From Escherichia coli (lineage in GTDB: Bacteria; Pseudomonadota; Gammaproteobacteria; Enterobacterales; Enterobacteriaceae), in NCBI RefSeq assembly GCF_050920415.1, contig NZ_CP169309.1: a stretch of DNA of 64,000 bases. One strand, given 5' to 3'. Positions 51,536-63,298 of the stretch are shown in pieces. Numbering within the stretch: the stretch's first letter is position 1; each line of letters opens with the position of its first letter. The position numbers were made by a program, and so were the translations under genes. Under the pieces are notes generated by a model. That model made no database searches. It saw only the letters and a list, made by a program, of their open reading frames with translations, and was not told the DNA's origin.

Positions 51536-53167
51536 ATGAGACATTCATTGCCCTACCGTATGTTACGCAAACGTCCGATGAAATTGAGTACCACTGTGAT
51601 CTTAATGGTCAGCGCGGTACTGTTCTCGGTGCTATTGGTGGTGCATCTGATTTACTTCTCGCAAATCAGTGATATGACGCGAGACGGGCTAGCCAACAAG
51701 GCACTGGCAGTGGCGCGTACTCTCGCCGACTCGCCGGAAATCCGTCAGGGCTTGCAGAAAAAACCGCAGGAGAGCGGCATCCAGGCCATCGCGGAAGCCG
51801 TGCGCAAACGCAACGATCTGCTGTTTATTGTCGTTACCGATATGCAAAGTCTTCGCTACTCGCATCCTGAAGCCCAGCGTATTGGTCAGCCATTTAAAGG
51901 TGATGACATCCTTAAAGCGCTGAATGGCGAAGAAAATGTCGCTATCAATCGCGGTTTTCTGGCGCAGGCTTTACGCGTATTTACCCCCATCTACGATGAA
52001 AATCATAAACAAATTGGCGTGGTGGCGATCGGCCTTGAGTTAAGTCGCGTGACCCAACAGATCAATGACAGTCGCTGGAGCATCATCTGGTCGGTATTAT
52101 TTGGCATGCTGGTCGGGCTGATTGGCACCTGCATTCTGGTTAAGGTACTGAAAAAAATCCTTTTCGGCCTGGAACCCTACGAAATCTCCACGCTGTTTGA
52201 GCAACGCCAGGCCATGTTGCAGTCTATCAAAGAAGGCGTCGTTGCCGTGGACGATCGCGGCGAGGTCACGCTGATCAACGATGCCGCACAAGAATTGCTG
52301 AATTACCGTAAGTCGCAGGACGATGAGAAACTGTCGACGCTAAGCCACGCGTGGTCACAGGTGGTAGATGTCTCGGAAGTGTTACGCGACGGTACCCCGC
52401 GGCGCGACGAAGAGATTACGATTAAAGACCGGCTATTACTGATCAACACCGTTCCGGTGCGCAGTAATGGCGTTATCATCGGTGCCATTTCAACCTTCAG
52501 GGACAAAACTGAAGTACGTAAACTGATGCAGCGACTCGACGGTCTGGTCAACTATGCTGACGCGCTTCGTGAACGATCCCACGAATTTATGAATAAATTG
52601 CATGTGATTCTCGGATTATTGCATCTGAAGAGTTATAAGCAGTTGGAAGATTACATTCTCAAAACAGCCAATAACTATCAGGAAGAGATTGGCTCTCTGC
52701 TGGGTAAGATCAAATCTCCAGTTATCGCTGGTTTTTTAATCAGCAAGATTAACCGCGCGACCGATTTAGGCCATACGCTGATTTTAAACAGCGAAAGCCA
52801 GTTGCCAGACAGCGGCAGTGAAGACCAGGTCGCGACGCTGATTACCACGCTGGGAAATCTGATAGAAAACGCGCTGGAGGCATTAGGGCCGGAACCCGGT
52901 GGCGAAATTAGCGTAACATTGCACTACCGTCACGGCTGGCTGCACTGTGAAGTTAACGATGATGGACCGGGGATCGCACCCGACAAAATCGATCACATTT
53001 TTGACAAAGGTGTCTCGACAAAAGGAAGCGAGCGAGGCGTCGGTTTAGCACTTGTCAAACAACAGGTAGAAAATCTCGGCGGCAGCATCGCCGTGGAATC
53101 GGAACCCGGGATTTTCACACAATTTTTTGTCCAGATACCCTGGGATGGGGAGAGGTCGAACAGATGA
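51536..53167 (+). CDS. dcuS: C4-dicarboxylate sensor histidine kinase DcuS
   Basis: 543-aa ORF, two TM segments, periplasmic PAS, HATPase motifs. Confidence 0.95.
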   Translation: MRHSLPYRMLRKRPMKLSTTVILMVSAVLFSVLLVVHLIYFSQISDMTRDGLANKALAVARTLADSPEIRQGLQKKPQESGIQAIAEAVRKRNDLLFIVVTDMQSLRYSHPEAQRIGQPFKGDDILKALNGEENVAINRGFLAQALRVFTPIYDENHKQIGVVAIGLELSRVTQQINDSRWSIIWSVLFGMLVGLIGTCILVKVLKKILFGLEPYEISTLFEQRQAMLQSIKEGVVAVDDRGEVTLINDAAQELLNYRKSQDDEKLSTLSHAWSQVVDVSEVLRDGTPRRDEEITIKDRLLLINTVPVRSNGVIIGAISTFRDKTEVRKLMQRLDGLVNYADALRERSHEFMNKLHVILGLLHLKSYKQLEDYILKTANNYQEEIGSLLGKIKSPVIAGFLISKINRATDLGHTLILNSESQLPDSGSEDQVATLITTLGNLIENALEALGPEPGGEISVTLHYRHGWLHCEVNDDGPGIAPDKIDHIFDKGVSTKGSERGVGLALVKQQVENLGGSIAVESEPGIFTQFFVQIPWDGERSNR

Positions 53168-53883
53168 TCAATGTATTAATTATTGATGACGACGCAATGG
53201 TCGCGGAGCTGAATCGTCGATACGTGGCACAAATCCCAGGCTTTCAATGCTGTGGAACGGCCTCGACGCTGGAGAAAGCCAAAGAGATTATCTTCAATAG
53301 CGATACGCCTATCGACCTGATATTGCTCGATATCTATATGCAAAAAGAGAACGGGCTCGATTTACTGCCTGTTCTGCATAATGCGCGTTGCAAAAGTGAT
53401 GTGATTGTTATCTCTTCCGCTGCCGATGCCGCAACCATTAAAGATTCGCTGCATTACGGAGTCGTGGATTACCTGATCAAACCCTTCCAGGCTACCCGCT
53501 TTGAAGAGGCGCTCACCGGCTGGCGGCAAAAGAAAATGGCGCTGGAAAAACATCAGTATTATGACCAGGCCGAGCTTGATCAGCTAATCCACGGCAGCAG
53601 CTCCAACGAGCAGGATCCTCGTCGCTTGCCAAAAGGCTTAACACCACAGACGTTACGCACGCTGTGCCAGTGGATTGACGCGCATCAGGACTATGAGTTT
53701 TCAACCGACGAGCTGGCTAATGAGGTTAACATCTCGCGTGTTTCCTGCCGTAAATATCTCATCTGGCTGGTCAACTGCCACATCTTGTTCACCAGTATCC
53801 ATTATGGCGTCACAGGTCGTCCGGTTTATCGTTATCGTATTCAGGCAGAACATTACTCACTACTTAAACAATATTGCCAATAA
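53164..53883 (+). CDS. dcuR: Response regulator DcuR
   Basis: 239-aa ORF MINVLIIDDDAMVAELNRRYV...; ATGA overlap with the dcuS stop. Confidence 0.95.
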   Translation: MINVLIIDDDAMVAELNRRYVAQIPGFQCCGTASTLEKAKEIIFNSDTPIDLILLDIYMQKENGLDLLPVLHNARCKSDVIVISSAADAATIKDSLHYGVVDYLIKPFQATRFEEALTGWRQKKMALEKHQYYDQAELDQLIHGSSSNEQDPRRLPKGLTPQTLRTLCQWIDAHQDYEFSTDELANEVNISRVSCRKYLIWLVNCHILFTSIHYGVTGRPVYRYRIQAEHYSLLKQYCQ

Positions 53884-54451
53884 CGATCACGGTTATCTGT
53901 AAGTAATAATTATTACAGTAATGCAAAATACCCCTGGCACAAGTTACATCGTTCATCAGTAAAACTTGTGCCAGATCAAATATAATTCCCCCTCTCTCAC
54001 CGCTGAAAATTAATATCTCTTCGGATGAACGGTGTTTTTAATTTCAAAACGCTAACAAAAGTTAATTAACTATTATGTCGCCCACATTATGTGTATTTTT
54101 ACCCACAAATGGGTAGTTAAGAATAATCTATAAACCTGATGATACCTACCCTGAGAACAAAAATTATACCAATAAGTATCAATAAGATAGCAGCAAACAA
54201 AACATTAACATCTGCGTAGTACAAACTATAAACCCATCGCCAGAGAGTATTTCTCTCTGAAAAAACCGCTTATCACAGTGCATAAATTTGCCGCTGCTTT
54301 AATCAGCCAATATTCACTGTGAGGTATTTACTCAAGCCGGTAACGACCAAACGGATATTTAGTCAAGCTCTGAAAACAGTTCATACAAAACAGAACGTGA
54401 CTGTGATCTATTCAGCAAAAATTTAAATAGGATTATCGCGAGGGTTTACAC

Positions 54452-55792
54452 ATGTTATTTACTATCCAACTTATCATAATACTGATATGTCTGTTTTATG
54501 GTGCCAGAAAGGGCGGTATCGCGCTGGGTTTATTAGGCGGTATCGGCCTGGTCATTCTGGTCTTTGTCTTCCACCTTCAGCCAGGTAAACCACCGGTTGA
54601 TGTCATGCTGGTTATCATTGCGGTGGTGGCGGCATCGGCGACCTTGCAAGCTTCGGGCGGTCTTGATGTCATGCTGCAAATTGCCGAGAAGCTGCTGCGC
54701 CGCAATCCGAAATATGTCTCCATTGTCGCACCGTTTGTAACCTGCACGCTGACCATTCTTTGCGGTACGGGCCACGTGGTTTACACCATTCTGCCGATCA
54801 TCTACGACGTTGCTATTAAGAACAACATCCGTCCGGAACGTCCGATGGCGGCAAGTTCTATCGGTGCACAGATGGGGATTATCGCAAGCCCAGTGTCGGT
54901 TGCGGTCGTATCTCTGGTTGCGATGCTGGGTAATGTCACCTTTGATGGTCGCCATCTTGAGTTCCTCGACCTGCTGGCAATCACCATTCCATCGACGTTA
55001 ATCGGTATCCTGGCGATCGGTATCTTCAGTTGGTTCCGCGGTAAAGATCTGGATAAAGATGAAGAGTTCCAGAAATTCATCTCCGTACCGGAAAACCGTG
55101 AGTATGTTTACGGTGATACCGCGACGCTGCTGGATAAAAAACTGCCGAAAAGCAACTGGCTGGCAATGTGGATCTTCCTCGGGGCAATCGCTGTAGTTGC
55201 ACTTCTTGGTGCTGATTCGGACCTGCGTCCATCCTTCGGTGGCAAACCGCTGTCGATGGTACTGGTTATTCAGATGTTTATGCTGCTAACCGGAGCGCTG
55301 ATTATTATCCTGACCAAAACCAATCCCGCGTCTATCTCAAAAAACGAAGTCTTCCGTTCCGGTATGATCGCCATCGTGGCGGTGTACGGTATCGCATGGA
55401 TGGCGGAAACCATGTTCGGTGCGCATATGTCTGAAATTCAGGGCGTACTGGGTGAAATGGTGAAAGAGTATCCGTGGGCCTATGCCATTGTTCTGCTGCT
55501 GGTTTCCAAGTTTGTAAACTCTCAGGCCGCGGCGCTAGCGGCGATTGTTCCGGTCGCGCTGGCGATCGGCGTTGACCCGGCATACATCGTGGCTTCAGCA
55601 CCGGCTTGCTATGGTTATTACATCCTGCCGACTTATCCGAGCGACCTGGCAGCGATTCAGTTTGACCGTTCCGGCACCACCCACATCGGTCGCTTCGTCA
55701 TCAACCACAGCTTTATTCTGCCGGGGTTGATTGGTGTGAGCGTATCGTGCGTCTTCGGCTGGATCTTCGCTGCGATGTACGGGTTCTTATAA
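54452..55792 (+). CDS. dcuB: Anaerobic C4-dicarboxylate antiporter DcuB
   Basis: 446-aa [29 protein letters not shown]...; Dcu family. Confidence 0.95.
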
Positions 55793-55869
55793 ATGCACTT
55801 TGCGTGCCGCCCGTGACTGCGCGGCACGCCATTTTCGAATAACAAATACAGAGTTACAGGCTGGAAGCT

Positions 55870-57516
55870 ATGTCAAACAAACCCTTTATCTACCAGGCAC
55901 CTTTCCCGATGGGGAAAGACAATACCGAATACTATCTACTCACGTCCGATTACGTTAGCGTTGCCGACTTCGACGGCGAAACAATCCTGAAAGTGGAACC
56001 AGAAGCCCTGACTCTGCTGGCGCAGCAAGCCTTCCACGACGCTTCTTTCATGCTCCGCCCGGCACACCAGAAACAGGTTGCTGCAATTCTTCACGATCCA
56101 GAAGCCAGCGAAAACGACAAGTACGTGGCGCTGCAATTCTTAAGAAACTCAGAAATCGCCGCCAAAGGCGTGCTGCCAACCTGCCAGGATACCGGCACCG
56201 CGATCATCGTCGGTAAAAAAGGTCAGCGCGTGTGGACCGGCGGCGGTGATGAAGAAGCGCTGTCGAAAGGCGTCTATAACACCTATATCGAAGATAACCT
56301 GCGCTATTCACAGAATGCGGCGCTGGACATGTACAAAGAGGTCAACACCGGCACTAACCTGCCTGCGCAAATCGACCTGTACGCGGTAGATGGCGATGAG
56401 TACAAATTCCTCTGCGTCGCCAAAGGCGGTGGCTCTGCCAATAAAACGTATCTCTACCAGGAAACCAAAGCCCTGCTGACTCCCGGCAAACTGAAAAACT
56501 TCCTCGTTGAGAAAATGCGTACCCTCGGTACTGCAGCCTGCCCGCCGTACCATATCGCGTTTGTGATTGGCGGTACGTCTGCGGAAACCAACCTGAAAAC
56601 CGTCAAGTTAGCAAGCGCTCACTATTACGATGAACTGCCGACCGAAGGGAACGAACATGGTCAGGCGTTCCGAGATGTCCTGCTTGAACAGGAACTGCTG
56701 GAAGAGGCCCAGAAACTCGGCCTTGGCGCGCAGTTTGGCGGTAAATACTTCGCGCACGACATCCGCGTGATCCGTCTGCCACGTCACGGCGCATCCTGCC
56801 CGGTAGGTATGGGCGTCTCCTGCTCCGCTGACCGTAACATTAAAGCGAAAATCAACCGCGAAGGTATCTGGATCGAAAAACTGGAACACAATCCAGGCCA
56901 GTACATTCCACAAGAACTGCGTCAGGCTGGTGAAGGCGAAGCGGTGAAAGTCGACCTTAACCGCCCGATGAAAGAGATCCTCGCCCAGCTTTCGCAATAC
57001 CCGGTATCCACCCGTTTGTCGCTCACCGGCACTATTATCGTGGGTCGCGATATTGCACATGCCAAGCTGAAAGAGCTGATTGACGCCGGTAAAGAACTGC
57101 CGCAGTACATCAAAGATCACCCGATCTACTACGCGGGTCCGGCGAAAACGCCTGCCGGTTATCCATCAGGTTCACTTGGCCCAACCACCGCAGGTCGTAT
57201 GGACTCCTACGTGGATCTGCTGCAATCCCACGGCGGCAGCATGATCATGCTGGCGAAAGGTAACCGCAGTCAGCAGGTCACCGACGCGTGTCATAAACAC
57301 GGCGGCTTCTACCTCGGTAGTATCGGCGGTCCGGCGGCGGTACTGGCGCAGCAGAGCATCAAGCATCTGGAATGCGTCGCTTATCCGGAGCTGGGTATGG
57401 AAGCTATCTGGAAAATCGAAGTAGAAGATTTCCCGGCGTTTATCCTGGTCGATGACAAAGGCAACGACTTCTTCCAGCAAATCGTCAACAAACAGTGCGC
57501 GAACTGCACTAAGTAA
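55870..57516 (+). CDS. fumB: Class I (Fe-S) fumarate hydratase, anaerobic (FumB)
   Basis: 548-aa [40 protein letters not shown]... Confidence 0.96.
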   Translation: MSNKPFIYQAPFPMGKDNTEYYLLTSDYVSVADFDGETILKVEPEALTLLAQQAFHDASFMLRPAHQKQVAAILHDPEASENDKYVALQFLRNSEIAAKGVLPTCQDTGTAIIVGKKGQRVWTGGGDEEALSKGVYNTYIEDNLRYSQNAALDMYKEVNTGTNLPAQIDLYAVDGDEYKFLCVAKGGGSANKTYLYQETKALLTPGKLKNFLVEKMRTLGTAACPPYHIAFVIGGTSAETNLKTVKLASAHYYDELPTEGNEHGQAFRDVLLEQELLEEAQKLGLGAQFGGKYFAHDIRVIRLPRHGASCPVGMGVSCSADRNIKAKINREGIWIEKLEHNPGQYIPQELRQAGEGEAVKVDLNRPMKEILAQLSQYPVSTRLSLTGTIIVGRDIAHAKLKELIDAGKELPQYIKDHPIYYAGPAKTPAGYPSGSLGPTTAGRMDSYVDLLQSHGGSMIMLAKGNRSQQVTDACHKHGGFYLGSIGGPAAVLAQQSIKHLECVAYPELGMEAIWKIEVEDFPAFILVDDKGNDFFQQIVNKQCANCTK

Positions 57517-57638
57517 CCTCTTCGGCCCAGCGCCTGGCAGCATGCTGCCAGGTGATCCCCCTGGGCCACCTCTTTTGCGATTGTAATTTCACGCTTGCTG
57601 GTGAATAGTCAGTATTTTCCCTGACTTGCGAACTCACC

Positions 57639-58289
57639 ATGACCCGCACACTCAAGCCGTTAATTCTTAACACCGGCGCACTGGCGCTAACGTTAATCCT
57701 GATTTATACCGGCATTTCGGCCAATGACAAACTCACCTGGCTGATGGAAGTGACACCGGTGATTATTGTCGTGCCGCTACTGCTTGCCACCGCTAAACGT
57801 TATCCGTTAACGCCGCTGCTCTATACGCTCATTTTCTTTCACGCCATCATCCTGATGGTCGGCGGGCAATACACCTACGCGAAAGTCCCCGTTGGTTTTG
57901 AGGTGCAGGAATGGCTGGGGTTGAGCCGTAATCCGTATGACAAGCTGGGGCATTTTTTCCAGGGGCTGGTGCCTGCACTGGTGGCGCGAGAAATTCTCGT
58001 TCGCGGGATGTACGTGCGCGGACGTAAAATGGTGGCGTTTCTGGTCTGCTGCGTGGCGCTGGCGATAAGCGCGATGTATGAATTAATCGAGTGGTGGGCA
58101 GCGCTGGCAATGGGTCAGGGAGCGGATGATTTTCTCGGTACCCAGGGCGACCAATGGGACACACAATCCGATATGTTCTGCGCGCTGCTTGGTGCATTAA
58201 CTACGGTGATATTCCTTGCTCGCTTTCATTGCCGCCAGCTACGGCGCTATGGCTTAATCACCAGAGCGCCGGAAGCGATTACCTCTTAA
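57639..58289 (+). CDS. yjdF: Inner membrane protein YjdF (DUF2238)
   Basis: 216-aa hydrophobic ORF MTRTLKPLILNTGALALTLILIYTG...; stop codon overlaps the melA stop. Confidence 0.8.
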   Translation: MTRTLKPLILNTGALALTLILIYTGISANDKLTWLMEVTPVIIVVPLLLATAKRYPLTPLLYTLIFFHAIILMVGGQYTYAKVPVGFEVQEWLGLSRNPYDKLGHFFQGLVPALVAREILVRGMYVRGRKMVAFLVCCVALAISAMYELIEWWAALAMGQGADDFLGTQGDQWDTQSDMFCALLGALTTVIFLARFHCRQLRRYGLITRAPEAITS

Positions 58290-59641
58290 CGGTGTAACCA
58301 GCCTGGCAGCCAGTCGCCGTGGGCGGCAATCAGGTCGTCAATAAGAGCATAGATTTCATCAATGCCCAGCACGGCAGCGGTATGTGGGTCCATCATCGCG
58401 GCATGGTAAACACGGTCGCGATTTTCTGTGAGAATGGCTTCCGTCAGCAGCGTCTGTACGTTGATATTGGTTTGCATCAGGGCGGCCAGATGCGAAGGTA
58501 GCGTACCGACTTTGGTCGGCTGAATGCCATTAGCATCAACTAAACAGGCCACTTCCACGCAACATCCTTGTGGCAGGTTATCAATCAAACCATCGTTACG
58601 GACGTTGCCATAAATCACACTCGGCTCGCCAGTCCAGATAGCGTTCATGATTGTGCTGGCATATTCCCGTGACGGTTTAATATCAATCCGGGAGGCGTTC
58701 TTATACTCCTCCAGCTCTTTATGCCAGTTTGCCAATTGTTCGACGCAGCGTTTCGGGTACTCATCCAGCGGCACTTTATAACGCTCAATCAAATCCTCAC
58801 GACCAGGCTTAATAAACCACGGTGTGTATTCAGCAAAATGTTCTGACGATTCCGTGACGAAGTAGCCCAGCTTTTTGAACATTTCATAACGCACAATATT
58901 CTGGCAGCGAGTATTGCCATGAATATTCGGCTTCGGTGCCTGCCCTGCGTCATACGCTGCCAGCAGTTCTGGGTAGAGATTCACGTAACTGCCGTCGGCG
59001 GTTTTGCGCTCCAGTTCCAGGTAAAACGCCATATGGTTGATACCCGCGCAACGGTAACGCAACGTAGCTGGGTCGATATTGAGATCACGCGCCAGCTCTT
59101 CCGCCGTTCCCTGCACCGAATGGCACAGCCCTACCTGTTTGATATGCGGATAGCGGGCATACATCGCCCAGGTATTCATCGCCATTGGGTTAACATAGTT
59201 GAGCATAGTGGCATCGGGGCAGACTTCCGTCATGTCCTCGCAAATTTGCCACAGGTGCGGAATGGTACGTAGCGCGCGCATAATACCGCCCGGCCCCAAC
59301 GTATCGGCAATGGTTTGTTCCAGACCGTGGCGCTTACAGACCTCAAAATCAGTCACCGTGCAAGGTTCATAACCGCCAATCTGAAATGCCACTACGACAA
59401 AATCGGCATCCTGTAAGGCTTCTTTCTGTTGGGTGTGGCAGGTGATTTTGCCACTGGCCCCCGCTGAATCCATCAGCTTGCGCACCACAATGTGCGACTC
59501 TTCCAGGCGGATGGGATCAATGTCCATCAGGGCAATATGCGCCGTTTTTAGCGCCTCGCGATGGAACACATCACCAAGAATATTTTTAACGAAAATCGTC
59601 GAACCAGCGCCGATAAATGTAATTTTAGGTGCAGACATCAT
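58286..59641 (-). CDS. melA: Alpha-galactosidase (melibiase) MelA, NAD/Mn-dependent GH4
   Basis: 451-aa ORF MMSAPKITFIGAGSTIFVKNILGDVF... ending ...DWLPGWLHR. Confidence 0.95.
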   Translation of the reverse strand: MMSAPKITFIGAGSTIFVKNILGDVFHREALKTAHIALMDIDPIRLEESHIVVRKLMDSAGASGKITCHTQQKEALQDADFVVVAFQIGGYEPCTVTDFEVCKRHGLEQTIADTLGPGGIMRALRTIPHLWQICEDMTEVCPDATMLNYVNPMAMNTWAMYARYPHIKQVGLCHSVQGTAEELARDLNIDPATLRYRCAGINHMAFYLELERKTADGSYVNLYPELLAAYDAGQAPKPNIHGNTRCQNIVRYEMFKKLGYFVTESSEHFAEYTPWFIKPGREDLIERYKVPLDEYPKRCVEQLANWHKELEEYKNASRIDIKPSREYASTIMNAIWTGEPSVIYGNVRNDGLIDNLPQGCCVEVACLVDANGIQPTKVGTLPSHLAALMQTNINVQTLLTEAILTENRDRVYHAAMMDPHTAAVLGIDEIYALIDDLIAAHGDWLPGWLHR

Positions 59642-59923
59642 GCAGATCTCCTGGCTTGCTTGAATAACTTCATCATGGCAGGCGAATCTGCAGAAAACCT
59701 CCGGCTTCCAGGCTGAGCATTCCCATTAACTCAGATCCTGTGTGAAGCATCAGAAAATCTGAGTTTATGGGAATAAATTAGCTGAAAAGCAGAGTTTTCG
59801 GCCTCATGGTACTCGGATGATCCCTTCGCCCCTCAGGCAAGAGGGCGAAAACCGTGCTCCCACTCGCAGTCATATTCCTACACTCCTGCCATAATTCTGA
59901 TATTCCAGGAAAGAGAGTCATCC
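59642..59923. promoter_or_regulatory. Divergent melR / melA promoter region
   Basis: Intergenic region between divergent melA and melR; individual MelR and CRP sites not resolved by eye. Confidence 0.4.
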
Positions 59924-60832
59924 ATGAATACAGATACTTTTATGTGTAGCAGCGACGAAAAACAGACCCGCAGTCCGCTGTCGCTGTATTCGGAATACCA
60001 GCGGATGGAGATTGAGTTTCGCGCACCGCATATCATGCCCACCAGCCACTGGCATGGTCAGGTCGAAGTGAATGTGCCTTTCGATGGCGATGTGGAATAC
60101 CTGATCAACAATGAAAAAGTGAGTATCAATCAGGGACATATCACGCTGTTCTGGGCCTGTACACCGCACCAACTAACAGATACCGGAACCTGTCAGAGCA
60201 TGGCGATTTTTAATCTGCCGATGCATCTGTTTCTCTCCTGGCCGCTGGATAAAGACCTGATTAACCACGTCACTCACGGCATGGTGATTAAATCACTGGC
60301 GACACAGCAACTTAGCCCGTTTGAAGTGCGCCGCTGGCAGCAGGAATTGAACAGTCCGAACGAGCAAATTCGCCAGCTCGCCATTGATGAAATTGGCCTG
60401 ATGCTCAAGCGATTTAGCCTCTCTGGCTGGGAACCGATTCTGGTCAATAAAACCTCGCGCACACACAAAAACAGCGTCTCGCGCCATGCGCAATTTTATG
60501 TCAGCCAGATGCTGGGCTTTATTGCCGAAAACTATGATCAGGCGCTGACCATCAACGATGTGGCTGAGCACGTCAAACTTAACGCCAACTATGCAATGGG
60601 GATATTCCAGCGGGTCATGCAATTGACGATGAAACAGTACATTACCGCGATGCGCATCAACCACGTTCGCGCGTTACTGAGCGATACCGATAAAAGTATT
60701 CTCGATATTGCCCTGACGGCAGGCTTTCGTTCGAGTAGCCGTTTTTACAGCACGTTCGGCAAATATGTCGGCATGTCACCGCAACAATACCGCAAACTTA
60801 GCCAACAGCGCCGCCAGACGTTTCCCGGCTAA
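59924..60832 (+). CDS. melR: AraC-family melibiose operon activator MelR
   Basis: 302-aa ORF MNTDTFMCSSDEKQTRSPLSLYSEYQRMEIEF..., C-terminal AraC HTH. Confidence 0.93.
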   Translation: MNTDTFMCSSDEKQTRSPLSLYSEYQRMEIEFRAPHIMPTSHWHGQVEVNVPFDGDVEYLINNEKVSINQGHITLFWACTPHQLTDTGTCQSMAIFNLPMHLFLSWPLDKDLINHVTHGMVIKSLATQQLSPFEVRRWQQELNSPNEQIRQLAIDEIGLMLKRFSLSGWEPILVNKTSRTHKNSVSRHAQFYVSQMLGFIAENYDQALTINDVAEHVKLNANYAMGIFQRVMQLTMKQYITAMRINHVRALLSDTDKSILDIALTAGFRSSSRFYSTFGKYVGMSPQQYRKLSQQRRQTFPG

Positions 60833-61030
60833 AGACGATATCAGTATCAGCCAAAAAAATAGTTTAGCCGTCGATAATAAGCAGTGAAAATAAATCAAAA
60901 TAATCACATAACATATTGTTTATAAAAATGAATATTTAAAAAATGTTTGTTTTTCATGCGCTTTACAGCCCGAAAAGGCCGGAAGATACTTGCCCGCAAC
61001 GAAGATTCCTTCATAACCGGGTAAGCAATG

Positions 61031-63298
61031 ATGAAAGTATTAATTGTTGAAAGCGAGTTTCTCCATCAGGACACCTGGGTCGGTAACGCCGTTGAGCGTC
61101 TGGCAGGGGCTTTAAGCCAGCAAAATGTTACCGTGATTAAATCCACCTCCTTTGATGATGGCTTTGCCATTCTCTCTTCAAACGAAGCCATTGACTGCCT
61201 GATGTTCAGCTATCAAATGGAACATCCGGACGAACATCAAAACGTCAGACAATTGATCGGTAAGCTTCATGAGCGCCAACAAAACGTGCCGGTCTTCCTG
61301 TTGGGCGATCGGGAAAAAGCCCTCGCCGCAATGGACCGAGATCTGCTGGAGCTTGTCGATGAATTCGCCTGGATTCTGGAAGATACCGCCGACTTTATCG
61401 CCGGACGCGCCGTTGCCGCAATGACCCGCTACCGCCAGCAGCTGTTGCCGCCACTGTTCAGCGCGCTGATGAAATATAGCGACATCCATGAATATTCCTG
61501 GGCAGCGCCAGGCCACCAGGGCGGCGTTGGCTTTACCAAAACACCCGCCGGACGTTTCTACCATGACTACTATGGTGAAAATCTGTTCCGCACCGACATG
61601 GGCATCGAACGGACTTCCCTCGGTTCTTTGCTTGACCATACTGGCGCATTTGGCGAAAGCGAAAAATATGCCGCACGCGTATTTGGTGCCGATCGCTCCT
61701 GGTCGGTAGTCGTCGGTACTTCCGGCTCTAACCGTACCATCATGCAGGCTTGCATGACCGATAACGATGTAGTGGTCGTTGACCGTAACTGCCATAAATC
61801 CATCGAACAAGGCTTGATGCTGACAGGCGCGAAACCGGTCTACATGGTGCCAAGCCGCAACCGCTACGGCATTATCGGGCCAATTTATCCGCAGGAAATG
61901 CAACCTGAAACCTTGCAGAAGAAAATCAGTGAAAGCCCGCTGACCAAAGACAAAGTCGGGCAAAAACCGTCTTACTGCGTGGTGACCAACTGCACCTATG
62001 ACGGCGTGTGTTATAACGCTAAAGAAGCGCAGGATCTGCTGGAAAAAACTTCCGATCGTCTGCACTTTGACGAAGCCTGGTACGGCTATGCACGTTTCAA
62101 CCCGATCTATGCCGATCACTATGCCATGCACGGTGAACCTGGCGATCACAACGGTCCTACCGTTTTCGCCACCCACTCAACCCACAAACTGCTGAATGCG
62201 CTGTCACAGGCCTCTTACATTCATGTGCGTGAAGGTCGTGGGGCGATTAACTTCTCCCGCTTTAATCAGGCATACATGATGCATGCCACCACCTCCCCGC
62301 TGTATGCCATCTGTGCATCTAACGACGTGGCGGTGTCGATGATGGACGGCAACAGTGGCCTGTCACTGACCCAGGAAGTGATCGACGAAGCGGTTGATTT
62401 CCGTCAAGCGATGGCACGGCTGTATAAAGAGTTCACCCATGACGGTAGCTGGTTCTTCAAACCGTGGAACAAAGAAGTGGTCACCGATCCACAAACCGGC
62501 AAAACCTACGACTTTGCTGACGCGCCAACCAAACTGCTGACCACCGTTCAGGATTGCTGGGTAATGCATCCGGGCGAAAGCTGGCACGGCTTCAAAGATA
62601 TTCCGGATAACTGGAGTATGCTCGACCCAATTAAAGTCAGCATTCTCGCACCGGGAATGGGTGAAGATGGTGAACTGGAAGAAACCGGTGTTCCGGCGGC
62701 GCTGGTCACAGCCTGGCTTGGTCGCCACGGCATTGTGCCTACCCGTACCACTGACTTCCAAATTATGTTCCTGTTCTCTATGGGCGTGACCCGTGGGAAA
62801 TGGGGAACTCTGGTTAACACCCTTTGCTCCTTCAAACGCCACTATGATGCCAACACACCGCTGGCGCAGGTGATGCCGGAACTTGTTGAACAATATCCTG
62901 ACACTTACGCGAACATGGGGATTCACGATCTGGGTGACACCATGTTTGCCTGGCTGAAAGAAAACAACCCTGGCGCACGGTTGAACGAAGCCTATTCCGG
63001 CCTGCCGGTGGCGGAAATCACCCCGCGTGAAGCGTACAACGCAATTGTCGATAACAATGTCGAACTGGTATCCATTGAAAATCTGCCTGGACGCATCGCG
63101 GCAAACTCAGTTATCCCGTATCCGCCAGGAATCCCGATGCTACTGTCTGGTGAAAACTTCGGCGATAAAAACAGTCCACAGGTAAGTTATTTACGCTCCC
63201 TGCAATCCTGGGACCATCATTTCCCTGGATTTGAACACGAAACTGAAGGGACTGAAATTATTGACGGTATTTACCACGTCATGTGTGTGAAAGCGTAA
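61031..63298 (+). CDS. adiA: Biodegradative arginine decarboxylase AdiA
   Basis: ORF-track 756 aa; start set at second Met (MKVLIVESEFLHQDTWVGNAVERLA...); PLP fold paralogous to CadA. Confidence 0.96.
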   Translation: MKVLIVESEFLHQDTWVGNAVERLAGALSQQNVTVIKSTSFDDGFAILSSNEAIDCLMFSYQMEHPDEHQNVRQLIGKLHERQQNVPVFLLGDREKALAAMDRDLLELVDEFAWILEDTADFIAGRAVAAMTRYRQQLLPPLFSALMKYSDIHEYSWAAPGHQGGVGFTKTPAGRFYHDYYGENLFRTDMGIERTSLGSLLDHTGAFGESEKYAARVFGADRSWSVVVGTSGSNRTIMQACMTDNDVVVVDRNCHKSIEQGLMLTGAKPVYMVPSRNRYGIIGPIYPQEMQPETLQKKISESPLTKDKVGQKPSYCVVTNCTYDGVCYNAKEAQDLLEKTSDRLHFDEAWYGYARFNPIYADHYAMHGEPGDHNGPTVFATHSTHKLLNALSQASYIHVREGRGAINFSRFNQAYMMHATTSPLYAICASNDVAVSMMDGNSGLSLTQEVIDEAVDFRQAMARLYKEFTHDGSWFFKPWNKEVVTDPQTGKTYDFADAPTKLLTTVQDCWVMHPGESWHGFKDIPDNWSMLDPIKVSILAPGMGEDGELEETGVPAALVTAWLGRHGIVPTRTTDFQIMFLFSMGVTRGKWGTLVNTLCSFKRHYDANTPLAQVMPELVEQYPDTYANMGIHDLGDTMFAWLKENNPGARLNEAYSGLPVAEITPREAYNAIVDNNVELVSIENLPGRIAANSVIPYPPGIPMLLSGENFGDKNSPQVSYLRSLQSWDHHFPGFEHETEGTEIIDGIYHVMCVKA

